64,000 nucleotides of DNA. Source: Candidatus Parcubacteria bacterium (GTDB lineage Bacteria; Patescibacteriota; Minisyncoccia; Minisyncoccales; JAGMDC01). The notes under the pieces were generated by a model. The model saw only the letters and a list, made by a program, of their open reading frames with translations. It searched no databases and was not told where the DNA came from. Every line of letters starts with the position of its first letter. Position 1 is the stretch's first letter. The stretch spans positions 29,895-93,894 of the forward strand of contig JAGLYZ010000004.1 of assembly GCA_023131895.1 (NCBI GenBank). Direction: 5' to 3'. Position numbers and translations under genes: made by a program. Of this stretch, positions 17,275 to 25,011 are shown piece after piece.

Positions 17275-18383
17275 CAAAAAGCTTTATTCATCATCTTAAA
17301 AGGTTAGACTGGGTTTTAATTGGCTGTGTTATTCTATTGGTTTTTATCGGGTTTTTGTCTCTTTATAGCTCTTCATTAGGGAAAGATAGCTTTCTTAATT
17401 TCAACAAACAGATTATTTTTTTCAGCATAGGCATACTTTTAATGTTTCTTGTTTCTTTTTTTGATTACAGAGCCATTAAAAACAGCCCTTATTCAATTTT
17501 GATTTTTTATTTCCTATGCTGTTTGGCTTTATTAGGCCTGTTTTTCTTTGCACCGGAAATAAGAGGCAGCAGGGGCTGGTATAAGATTGGAGGAATTTCT
17601 ATTGATCCCATAGAGTTTACCAAGCTTGCTTTAATTATTTTATTGGCAAAGTATTTTTCTATGAGGCATATTGAAATGTATGGCTTGAGGCATATTTTGA
17701 TTTCCAGTGTTTATTTTTTAATTCCATCTGCTTTAATCTTTTTCCAGCCTGATTTGGGATCAATTTTAATTTTGCTTTGTTTATGGGTCGGTGTTTTAGT
17801 TATTTCCGGCATTAAATTAAAACATTTTTTGATTTTAATTTTTTGCGGTATTTTAATTTTTACTTTAAGCTGGTCTTTCTTGCTTAAAGATTATCAAAAG
17901 TCCAGAATTTTAAGCTTTATTCAGCCGCAATTAGAGCCATTAGGTGTTGGCTGGAGCCAGAATCAGTCCAAAATTGCTATTGGCTCTGGCGGTCTTTTTG
18001 GACAGGGCATTGGGCATGGTTCTCAAACCCAATACGGCTTTTTGTCAGAACCGCAAACAGATTTTATTTTTGCTTCTATTGCTGAAGAAATGGGCTTAAT
18101 GGGCGTGGTTACAATATTAATTCTGTTTTTAATAGTTCTTTTTCGTATTTTTAAGATTGCTATAATAAGCTCAAGTAATTTCCAACGGCTTTTTGCTTCA
18201 GGAGTAGGAATTATTTTGATGGCTCAAATTTTTATTAATATTGGCATGAATTTAGGGCTTTTGCCTATTATTGGCATTTCCCTGCCTTTTATTAGTTATG
18301 GCGGCAATAATTTAGTTTTAACTTTTTTAGCTTTAGGAATTCTGCAAAACATATATTCTCAAAGAAAAGAAATGGAGCTTTAA
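17271..18383 (+). CDS. FtsW/RodA/SpoVE family (SEDS) peptidoglycan polymerase
   Basis: About 10 TM helices. Conserved SEPQTDFIFA and LPFISYGG motifs. Overlaps the ligA stop (ATGA). Confidence 0.9.
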   Translation: MTKSFIHHLKRLDWVLIGCVILLVFIGFLSLYSSSLGKDSFLNFNKQIIFFSIGILLMFLVSFFDYRAIKNSPYSILIFYFLCCLALLGLFFFAPEIRGSRGWYKIGGISIDPIEFTKLALIILLAKYFSMRHIEMYGLRHILISSVYFLIPSALIFFQPDLGSILILLCLWVGVLVISGIKLKHFLILIFCGILIFTLSWSFLLKDYQKSRILSFIQPQLEPLGVGWSQNQSKIAIGSGGLFGQGIGHGSQTQYGFLSEPQTDFIFASIAEEMGLMGVVTILILFLIVLFRIFKIAIISSSNFQRLFASGVGIILMAQIFINIGMNLGLLPIIGISLPFISYGGNNLVLTFLALGILQNIYSQRKEMEL

Positions 18384-18413
18384 ATTTTCAAGATAAAATG
18401 ATAAGATAATTAT

Positions 18414-20948
18414 ATGAGTAATAATTCAGAAAAAGAAAAACCAAAAGAAAAAACAGCTGAAATTGGTTATATAAAGCCCAGAGAAATTACTGAAGAAATG
18501 AAGGAATCATATATTGATTATGCTATGTCAGTAATTGTTGCCAGGGCTTTGCCTGATGTTAGAGACGGTTTAAAGCCGGTTCATCGCCGGATTTTGTATG
18601 CAATGTTTGAAGATGGCCTGAAGCATGATGCTAAATTTAGAAAATCAGCTACCGTAGTGGGTTCAGTTTTGGGTCGTTACCATCCTCATGGCGATACTGC
18701 TGTCTATGATTCTTTAGTGCGAATGGCACAGGATTTTTCTTTGAGATATCCTTTGATTAAAGGTCAAGGAAATTTTGGATCAATCGATGGCGATCCAGCG
18801 AGCGCCATGAGATATTCAGAGGCGAAACTTTCCAAAATTGGTGAGGAAACATTAAAAGATATCACTAGAGAGACAGTGGATTTTAGGGATAATTATGACG
18901 GGACCAGGAAAGAACCGACTGTCTTGCCCTCGCCAATGCCCCAGCTTTTATTAAATGGTTCTTTAGGAATCGCAGTTGGCATGATGACTAATATCCCTCC
19001 TCATAATTTGTCAGAAGTGGCAAATGGAGCTATTCATTTAATTGATAATCCAAAGGCAACGACAGAAGACCTTTTTGAATTTATTAAAGGGCCTGATTTT
19101 CCTACTGGCGGCATCATCTATAATAGAAAAGAAATTATCAGCGCTTATTGCCAAGGCAATGGTCCTATAGTAATAAGGGGAAAAACAGAAACATCTGAAG
19201 ATAAAAAAGGCAGGAACAGGATTTTAATTACAGAAATCCCATATCAAGTTCAAAAATCATCTTTGGTAGAACAGTTTGCCAAGCTTGTTCAAGAAAAAAA
19301 AATCACTGGTATTAGAGATATTAGAGACGAATCAGACAGGGAAGGTATGAGAATTGTTATTGAACTTCAGCGCGATGCTTTCCCGCAAAAAATCTTGAAT
19401 CGGCTTTATAAATTTTCCGATCTTCAAAAAACATTTCATCTTAATATGCTTGCTTTGGTAGATGGTATCCAGCCAAAGGTTTTATCACTTTTAGAGGTCT
19501 TAAACTACTTTATAATTCATAGAAAAGAAGTAGTAATCAGAAGAACCAAATATGATTTGCGCAAAGCAGAAGAAAGAGCGCATATTTTGGAAGGCTTGCA
19601 TAAATGTCTGTCAAAGATTGATGAAGTGATTAAGACAATTAAAGCATCGGCTAACCGGGAAGATGCGCTGAAGAATTTAATGAAAAAATTCAAGCTTACT
19701 GAAATTCAGGCAAACGCTATTTTAGAGACAAAGCTTTCTGCCTTAGCAAAGCTGGAAAGAAAGAAAATTGAGGAAGAATTGGCAGAAAAGAAAAGGCTAA
19801 TAAAAGAATTAGAAGCTATTTTAAAAAGCCCGCAAAAAATTAAAGAAGTCATTAAAAAAGAGCTTAGAGAAATTATTGAAAACTTCGGCGATGAAAGAAG
19901 AACCAAGCTTGTTGTCCAGAAAGTCGGCGAAATTGCTGAAGAGGATTTAATTCCGCAGGAAGAAACGATTATTACTTTAACCCAAGGCGGGTATATAAAA
20001 AGAGTGAATCCTAATGTTTATAAGATCCAAAAGAGAGGGGGCAAGGGCATTATGGGGATGAAAACTTTAGGAGAAGATATTGTAGAACATTTCCTTTTTT
20101 GCCAAACCCATGACGAACTTCTTTTCTTTACTGATTCAGGAAAGGTTTTTAAAATTCCTGCTTATGAAGTTCCTGAAGGAACAAGGGTTGCTAAAGGCAG
20201 AGGAATTTTGAATTTTTTAGAGCTTACTCCTCAAGATAAGATATTATCTATTCTTCATTTTAAAAAAAAGGGAGACCAAGAAGATGAAATGAAGTATTTA
20301 GTAATGGCAACGAAAAATGGTATGATAAAGAAAACAGATTTAAGCGAATTTGAAAATGTAAGAAGGTCAGGCTTAATTGCTATTAATCTTAAAAAAGGTG
20401 ATTCGCTTAGAAGTGTAAATAGAACCTCTGGCCATGATGAAATAGCCTTTGTGACCAAAAAAGGACAGTCAATTAGGTTTAAAGAAGATAATGTGCGACC
20501 TATGGGCAGGACAGCTGCTGGGGTGACTGGAATAAGATTAAAGGGGGACGATGAGTTGATTGGAATGGACGTTATTCACCCTGTTAAATTGTCCCGAAAG
20601 TTTTCGGGACACCTCGCAAAGCGAGGATTTAACAGGGTAAAAATTCAAAACTATCTTTTAGTTGTAAGCGAGAACGGATATGGAAAAAGAACTGATTTAA
20701 AAGAATACAGATTACAGACAAGGGGCGGTTCTGGAATAAAGACAGCCAATATTACTGAAAAGACAGGAGATTTGGTTGCCTCTAAGGTTCTTTCTGGAGA
20801 GGAGGAAGATTTAATCGTTATTTCTCGAAAAGGCCAGATTATCAGAACTCCTGTTAATTCTATTTCTATAATCAGCAGGTCAACGCAAGGCGTAAGAATA
20901 ATGCGCTTGGACAAAGGAGATAAGGTGGCATCAGGCGCTTGTATATAA
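18414..20948 (+). CDS. gyrA: DNA gyrase subunit A
   Basis: [16 protein letters not shown], catalytic Tyr context AMRYSEAKL, GyrA-box-like region and C-terminal beta-pinwheel repeats. Confidence 0.97.
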   Translation: MSNNSEKEKPKEKTAEIGYIKPREITEEMKESYIDYAMSVIVARALPDVRDGLKPVHRRILYAMFEDGLKHDAKFRKSATVVGSVLGRYHPHGDTAVYDSLVRMAQDFSLRYPLIKGQGNFGSIDGDPASAMRYSEAKLSKIGEETLKDITRETVDFRDNYDGTRKEPTVLPSPMPQLLLNGSLGIAVGMMTNIPPHNLSEVANGAIHLIDNPKATTEDLFEFIKGPDFPTGGIIYNRKEIISAYCQGNGPIVIRGKTETSEDKKGRNRILITEIPYQVQKSSLVEQFAKLVQEKKITGIRDIRDESDREGMRIVIELQRDAFPQKILNRLYKFSDLQKTFHLNMLALVDGIQPKVLSLLEVLNYFIIHRKEVVIRRTKYDLRKAEERAHILEGLHKCLSKIDEVIKTIKASANREDALKNLMKKFKLTEIQANAILETKLSALAKLERKKIEEELAEKKRLIKELEAILKSPQKIKEVIKKELREIIENFGDERRTKLVVQKVGEIAEEDLIPQEETIITLTQGGYIKRVNPNVYKIQKRGGKGIMGMKTLGEDIVEHFLFCQTHDELLFFTDSGKVFKIPAYEVPEGTRVAKGRGILNFLELTPQDKILSILHFKKKGDQEDEMKYLVMATKNGMIKKTDLSEFENVRRSGLIAINLKKGDSLRSVNRTSGHDEIAFVTKKGQSIRFKEDNVRPMGRTAAGVTGIRLKGDDELIGMDVIHPVKLSRKFSGHLAKRGFNRVKIQNYLLVVSENGYGKRTDLKEYRLQTRGGSGIKTANITEKTGDLVASKVLSGEEEDLIVISRKGQIIRTPVNSISIISRSTQGVRIMRLDKGDKVASGACI
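20576..20640 (+). repeat. Palindromic element PE copy 3 (in-frame inside the gyrA C-terminal domain)
   Basis: TCACCCTGTTAAAT-GTCCCGAAA-GT-TTTCGGGAC-A-CCTCGC-AAA-GCGAGG-ATTTAACAGGGTAA. Translated as [22 protein letters not shown]. Confidence 0.85.
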
Positions 20949-20966
20949 AATATTTGCTCGGCAATA

Positions 20967-21097
20967 AAGTTTCAAAGTACCGAACCTCAAAATCCCAGCG
21001 AGATTTTGGGTTCTGCGTTCTCGCCTCGCCATTCCGACTCGGTCGGAAACCGTGCTGGCGAGGCTCCGAAAGCTACTTTGAAACCTTATCGCCTCGC
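20967..21097. ncRNA. Candidate structured RNA / cis-regulatory leader (unknown class; strand undetermined)
   Basis: GC-rich island between gyrA and a methyltransferase gene. Closing helix 20967-20979/21074-21087, hairpin 20982-21013, and nested helix 21023-21031/21056-21064 containing hairpin 21032-21048. Confidence 0.4.
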
Positions 21098-21140
21098 TTA
21101 TATTATTAGTATATTCGTAAGCATTCGTAATTCGTAGATT

Positions 21141-21653
21141 ATGAGTTTTCTTAATCCAGAACAAATTATAAAAAATCTTAGATTGCGCAAGGATATGATT
21201 GCCGCGGATTTTGGATGCGGTTCTGGTTCCTGGGTATTGCCTTTAGCTGAAAAACTAGAGGATGGCAAGGTTTATGCCATAGATATATTAGAAGAGCCGT
21301 TATCTGCTCTTCAGAGTAAGGCGAAAGCCAAGAATTTAGATAATATTGAAACAGTTTTAGCTGATATAGAAAAAAACTCTAAACTTGAAGATGGGATTGC
21401 TGATTTGGTTTTGATCACAGACCTTTTATTTGAAGTTGATGATGTTATGGCGGTTTTAGAAGAAGGGAAAAGAGTTCTTAAGAAAGGAGGAAGAATTTTA
21501 GTGGTGGACTGGAAAAAAGATGTTGCTTTAGGTCCAGAACAAGGTCGGGTTTTACCAAGCGAAATTAAAAAAATCGCCAAGGATTTAGGACTGAAATTGG
21601 AGAGGGAATTTGACGCCGGAATTTACCATTTTGCTTTACTATTTGAAAAATAA
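21141..21653 (+). CDS. Class I SAM-dependent methyltransferase
   Basis: Motif I DFGCGSG, acidic motif II YAIDI, motif IV-like LVLITDLL, post-I region. Confidence 0.8.
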   Translation: MSFLNPEQIIKNLRLRKDMIAADFGCGSGSWVLPLAEKLEDGKVYAIDILEEPLSALQSKAKAKNLDNIETVLADIEKNSKLEDGIADLVLITDLLFEVDDVMAVLEEGKRVLKKGGRILVVDWKKDVALGPEQGRVLPSEIKKIAKDLGLKLEREFDAGIYHFALLFEK

Positions 21654-21670
21654 TATAATATTGCTATAAT

Positions 21671-22000
21671 ATGAAAATGAGAAAGTTTCTATTTATGTTA
21701 TCAGTAGGATTAGTTCTTTTTGCGCCAGTAGTGATTCAAGGTATAGAAATAGAAAATCCTTTAGACTGCGCTACTATTGACTGTGTGATTGCTTCTATCG
21801 CTGGTTTTATTTTTATGCTTGCTATAGCGATTGCGCCAATAATGTTTATAATTGCCGGCTTTGCCTTTATCACTGCGGCTGGTGATCCAGTTAAGATTCA
21901 AAAAGCTAAAGATATTGTCCTATGGACAGTTATAGGACTAGCCATTGTTTTAATGGCTTATGGAATAATTAATGTAATTCAGGAGATTTTTATAGAATAA
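21671..22000 (+). CDS. Small secreted two-TM protein, TrbC/VirB2- or T4SS-pilin-like
   Basis: Signal peptide, then two hydrophobic helices around IIAGFAFITAAGDPVKIQKAKD, resembling T4SS pilin families (from memory, not searched). Confidence 0.55.
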   Translation: MKMRKFLFMLSVGLVLFAPVVIQGIEIENPLDCATIDCVIASIAGFIFMLAIAIAPIMFIIAGFAFITAAGDPVKIQKAKDIVLWTVIGLAIVLMAYGIINVIQEIFIE

Positions 22001-22013
22001 TTTTAGCCAATTT

Positions 22014-23084
22014 ATGAAAAAAATATTTATATTAGCGATTATTTTTGTTTTTTTGTTTATTTTTGCAGTATTAATAGAAGCTAAGGATTGTGATTGGAAT
22101 ACTCCTACTTGTGGGGGATGGGCCGGATGTGAAGAAACTAATATTCAAAGCGGGTGTTCAGAGATAGCAGATTGTAGTGTTGGAGAAGGTTTTGGCGGCT
22201 GGGCTTGGCCGAAATGTGATTGTAATCTTAAAACAGAAGGTGAAAGTGATTGTTGGTGCGAGTGTAATGAACAATGCGCAGATGATTGGTGTAAAGGTTT
22301 TGGTAGCGCTAAGGGAATATGCAAAAATGGAATAGGAATTTGTTGTGATGCCACAGAAACAAATTGCGAGATTGATTCAGATGATGAAGATTGTGACGGC
22401 AAATTAAATTGTAACGATAAAGAAGATTGTGAAGGTGAGATTTGTGATACAAATAAAGTATGCAAGAATGGAGCTTGTGTTGAGAGAAAACCAGCTTGTG
22501 GTGTTGATTGCCAGCAGATAACTCAAACTTGTCTTTGCGGCAGTAAAGAAATAAAAGTAGAAAGCGGAGAGTTTTGTTGTATTGCTTTAAGTAAAAAGTA
22601 TGCTTTAAAAACAGATTGCGAGGAACAATGTGAGCCGGTTTGTCCAGAAGATTGTGATAATTTAGCTCCTGCGCCTTGTTATTGCGGTTCAAAATTAATT
22701 GAAGCTGATGAGGAGAAGTATTGTTATAACAACAAAACTTATGCTGATCAAGAAAAGTGTAAAGAAGCTGAGGCAGCGCCGCCAGGACCGCCTCCAGTGG
22801 TAGAACCAGAATGTCCTCCAGGCTCAATTTGCATTGATAATCCTATAACATCAACTAGTTTTGAAGATTTAGTTAATTCTATTGTTAATTTTATTTTTAT
22901 GCTTGCCATAGCGATTGCTCCGATAATGTTTATTATTGCTGGATTTGCTTTTATCACTGCGGCTGGGGACCCAGCAAAAGTCCAGAAAGCAAAAGATATT
23001 GCTTTATGGACAGCAATAGGTTTAATGGTTGTTTTAATGGCTTATGGAATAATCAATGTTATTAAAGAAATTTTCAGCGGATAA
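22014..23084 (+). CDS. Cysteine-rich ectodomain fused to a T4SS-pilin-like C-terminal module
   Basis: Signal peptide, about 250 aa with about 38 Cys, Pro-rich linker APPGPPPVVEPECPPGS, then 62 aa nearly identical to the C-terminus of the 21671 product. Confidence 0.55.
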   Translation: MKKIFILAIIFVFLFIFAVLIEAKDCDWNTPTCGGWAGCEETNIQSGCSEIADCSVGEGFGGWAWPKCDCNLKTEGESDCWCECNEQCADDWCKGFGSAKGICKNGIGICCDATETNCEIDSDDEDCDGKLNCNDKEDCEGEICDTNKVCKNGACVERKPACGVDCQQITQTCLCGSKEIKVESGEFCCIALSKKYALKTDCEEQCEPVCPEDCDNLAPAPCYCGSKLIEADEEKYCYNNKTYADQEKCKEAEAAPPGPPPVVEPECPPGSICIDNPITSTSFEDLVNSIVNFIFMLAIAIAPIMFIIAGFAFITAAGDPAKVQKAKDIALWTAIGLMVVLMAYGIINVIKEIFSG

Positions 23085-23142
23085 AAAAATTAAAAATTTA
23101 CAAAGGTCGAGAATCAAAAATAATCTATAATTAAGAAATTTC

Positions 23143-23469
23143 ATGAAAAAAATCATTTCAGTATTAATTTTAGCAAGTTTGTTAGTTTTACCGTTAGGAA
23201 TTTTGGCGTATACTGAACCAACGCTTCCAAGTACAGAGTTAGATGCTGCTCTTGAAAATATTACGAATTTTCTGTTTTGGCTTTTAATGGCTGTAGCAAT
23301 TATATTTTTAATTGTTGCTGGTATTACTTTTGTTACTGCCCAAGGAGATCCAGAAAAAGTGAAAAAGGCACGCGATTATGTTTTATATGCCTTAATAGGA
23401 GTAGTGATTGGCGTAATGGCTAAAGGACTCACGACTTTTTTATCGAAAATAATTCAGGGAACGGCATAA
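23143..23469 (+). CDS. Small secreted two-TM protein, TrbC/VirB2- or T4SS-pilin-like (third paralog)
   Basis: Signal peptide; IVAGITFVTAQGDPEKVKKARD between two hydrophobic helices. Confidence 0.55.
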   Translation: MKKIISVLILASLLVLPLGILAYTEPTLPSTELDAALENITNFLFWLLMAVAIIFLIVAGITFVTAQGDPEKVKKARDYVLYALIGVVIGVMAKGLTTFLSKIIQGTA

Positions 23470-23485
23470 CTTAAATACTTTATAA

Positions 23486-23528
23486 AATCAACCCATACTG
23501 CTTTTAAAGCAGGAGGGTTGATTTTTTG
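23486..23528 (+). terminator. Rho-independent terminator after the pilin-like trio
   Basis: AATCAACCC ... GGGTTGATT stem with inner CTGCTT/AAGCAG hairpin, followed by a T-run. Confidence 0.6.
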
Positions 23529-23557
23529 TTTAAGTACCGATAGGATAATAAAGAGAT

Positions 23558-23639
23558 GTCCCTGTGACGAAATTGGTATACGTGCAGCGCTTAGGACGCT
23601 GTTCCGAAAGGAGTGCAGGTTCGAGTCCTGCCAGGGACA
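23558..23639 (+). tRNA. tRNA-Leu (anticodon UAG)
   Basis: Acceptor GTCCCTG/CAGGGAC, anticodon stem CAGCG/CGCTG with loop CTTAGGA, long variable arm, T-arm GCAGG-TTCGAGT-CCTGC. Confidence 0.9.
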
Positions 23640-23643
23640 CATC

Positions 23644-23672
23644 AAAAAAAGGAGCTAAGCTCCTTTTTTTTT
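23644..23672. terminator. Bidirectional terminator hairpin (tRNA-Leu / hsp20)
   Basis: A-run, GGAGC-TAA-GCTCC, T-run between convergent genes. Confidence 0.65.
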
Positions 23673-23674
23673 GT

Positions 23675-24214
23675 TTAAGTTTTTATGTTGATTTTTCTTT
23701 TCTTTTTTCTTTGTATTTTTGGTATTCTGATAGTTAAAATTCCTTGTTTCATTACTGCTTCAACATGGGAATTATCCACTTCTTCCTGCAGGATTATTCT
23801 TTTATAAAAAGGTCCCCAATAGCATTCTTGGTAGAAATAGTTTTTTTCTTCATTTTCATCTTCTAGCGGTTTTTCCCTTGTTCCTTCTATGGTTAAAATG
23901 TCATTTTCAATAATAATATCTAAGTTTTCTGGTTTTACGCCGGCAATAGCTGATTGAATCACTAAATCATCTTTAGTTTGAAAAACATCAACTGTTAATT
24001 CGCCTTTTTGTTCAAACCATTTTTCCTTGCTCGCTGAAGCTTTAGCAAGGGAGAGTTTTTCATTTGTTTTTTTATCCTCAACAATGTTTGACTCAATAAC
24101 TTTAATCTTTGATGATTTTTTGGTCTTTATTTTCTTTTTATTCGGCTTTTCTTCTGATTGTTTTTCTGATTCTTCAACTCCAATATTTTGTTTAAGTTTT
24201 TTTAAAAAAGACAT
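23675..24214 (-). CDS. Hsp20/alpha-crystallin family small heat-shock protein with Lys-rich N-terminal extension
   Basis: Alpha-crystallin domain: VDVFQTKDDLVIQSAIAGVKPENLDIIIENDILTIEG...GILTIRIPK. Confidence 0.85.
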   Translation of the reverse strand: MSFLKKLKQNIGVEESEKQSEEKPNKKKIKTKKSSKIKVIESNIVEDKKTNEKLSLAKASASKEKWFEQKGELTVDVFQTKDDLVIQSAIAGVKPENLDIIIENDILTIEGTREKPLEDENEEKNYFYQECYWGPFYKRIILQEEVDNSHVEAVMKQGILTIRIPKIQRKKKRKINIKT

Positions 24215-24218
24215 ATTT

Positions 24219-25010
24219 TTATAATTTACATACGCTTTTCATTTTTTTGAGTTTTTTAAACCCTAAAGAAACAAAAAGAGCAAGCGAAATTAGAATAATA
24301 GTTGGTATTAAAATCTTCAAACTTCCCTCAAACATTATTATAGAATAATTAAATAATCCATGCAATATGCTGGCTATTATCAAGCCGATGAAAAAGAATT
24401 TAAATTTATTTTTTGCTTCATAGATAGATAAGGCTAAGAAATAACCTATTATTCCTGAACACAGGGCATGTAGAAAGACCGGCCCTAAAAATCTAAAAGC
24501 AGTTATTTGCAAGCTTTCTGAAAATTTAATTATTGGAAGCAAATGAGGCTCTAAATACAAAATATTTTCCAAGGCAGCAAAACCCAACCCGGCAATTATC
24601 ATATAAACCATAGCATCTACTGGTTCGTCAAATTCAGGATGATTAAGCACTTTGCATTTTACTACTAAATATTTAAAAAATTCTTCTACAAAACCAATAG
24701 CAATAATATTATATAAAAAGAATATTAAAAGAGCGGAATAGCTTAGGCTTGATGCTTGAAGAAGTCCATATCTAAAAAGGGAGGAAATTTCGCTTGGAGA
24801 CGGAGATGCAGATATTAGCAAGGATATTGAATCAAAACCTTTTTGAAAACAGATTTCTAAACAAACAGCAGGGATAGTAATAAGCGCGCCGTAAATAAAT
24901 ATTTTTAATATCATTCTTTTTGGTTCAGGATGGACATCTTTTCGTAGATAATAAAAAAGCCAGATGATGCTGGGAGCAAGGCCAAAAACTATAAGTAGAA
25001 TATAATTCAT
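24219..25010 (-). CDS. PrsW family intramembrane metalloprotease
   Basis: Polytopic. EExxK motif (VEEFFKYLVV) and H....N motif (LHGLFN). Confidence 0.75.
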   Translation of the reverse strand: MNYILLIVFGLAPSIIWLFYYLRKDVHPEPKRMILKIFIYGALITIPAVCLEICFQKGFDSISLLISASPSPSEISSLFRYGLLQASSLSYSALLIFFLYNIIAIGFVEEFFKYLVVKCKVLNHPEFDEPVDAMVYMIIAGLGFAALENILYLEPHLLPIIKFSESLQITAFRFLGPVFLHALCSGIIGYFLALSIYEAKNKFKFFFIGLIIASILHGLFNYSIIMFEGSLKILIPTIILISLALFVSLGFKKLKKMKSVCKL

Positions 25011-25011
25011 A

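Noticed and set aside
20931-21164. 77-aa minus-strand ORF between gyrA and the methyltransferase gene
   Set aside because: It overlaps the gyrA stop and the next gene's start. It is composed of the GC-rich palindromic helices described as a structured element, and its translation (Arg/Ser-rich, no motif) looks like a by-product of the hairpins.
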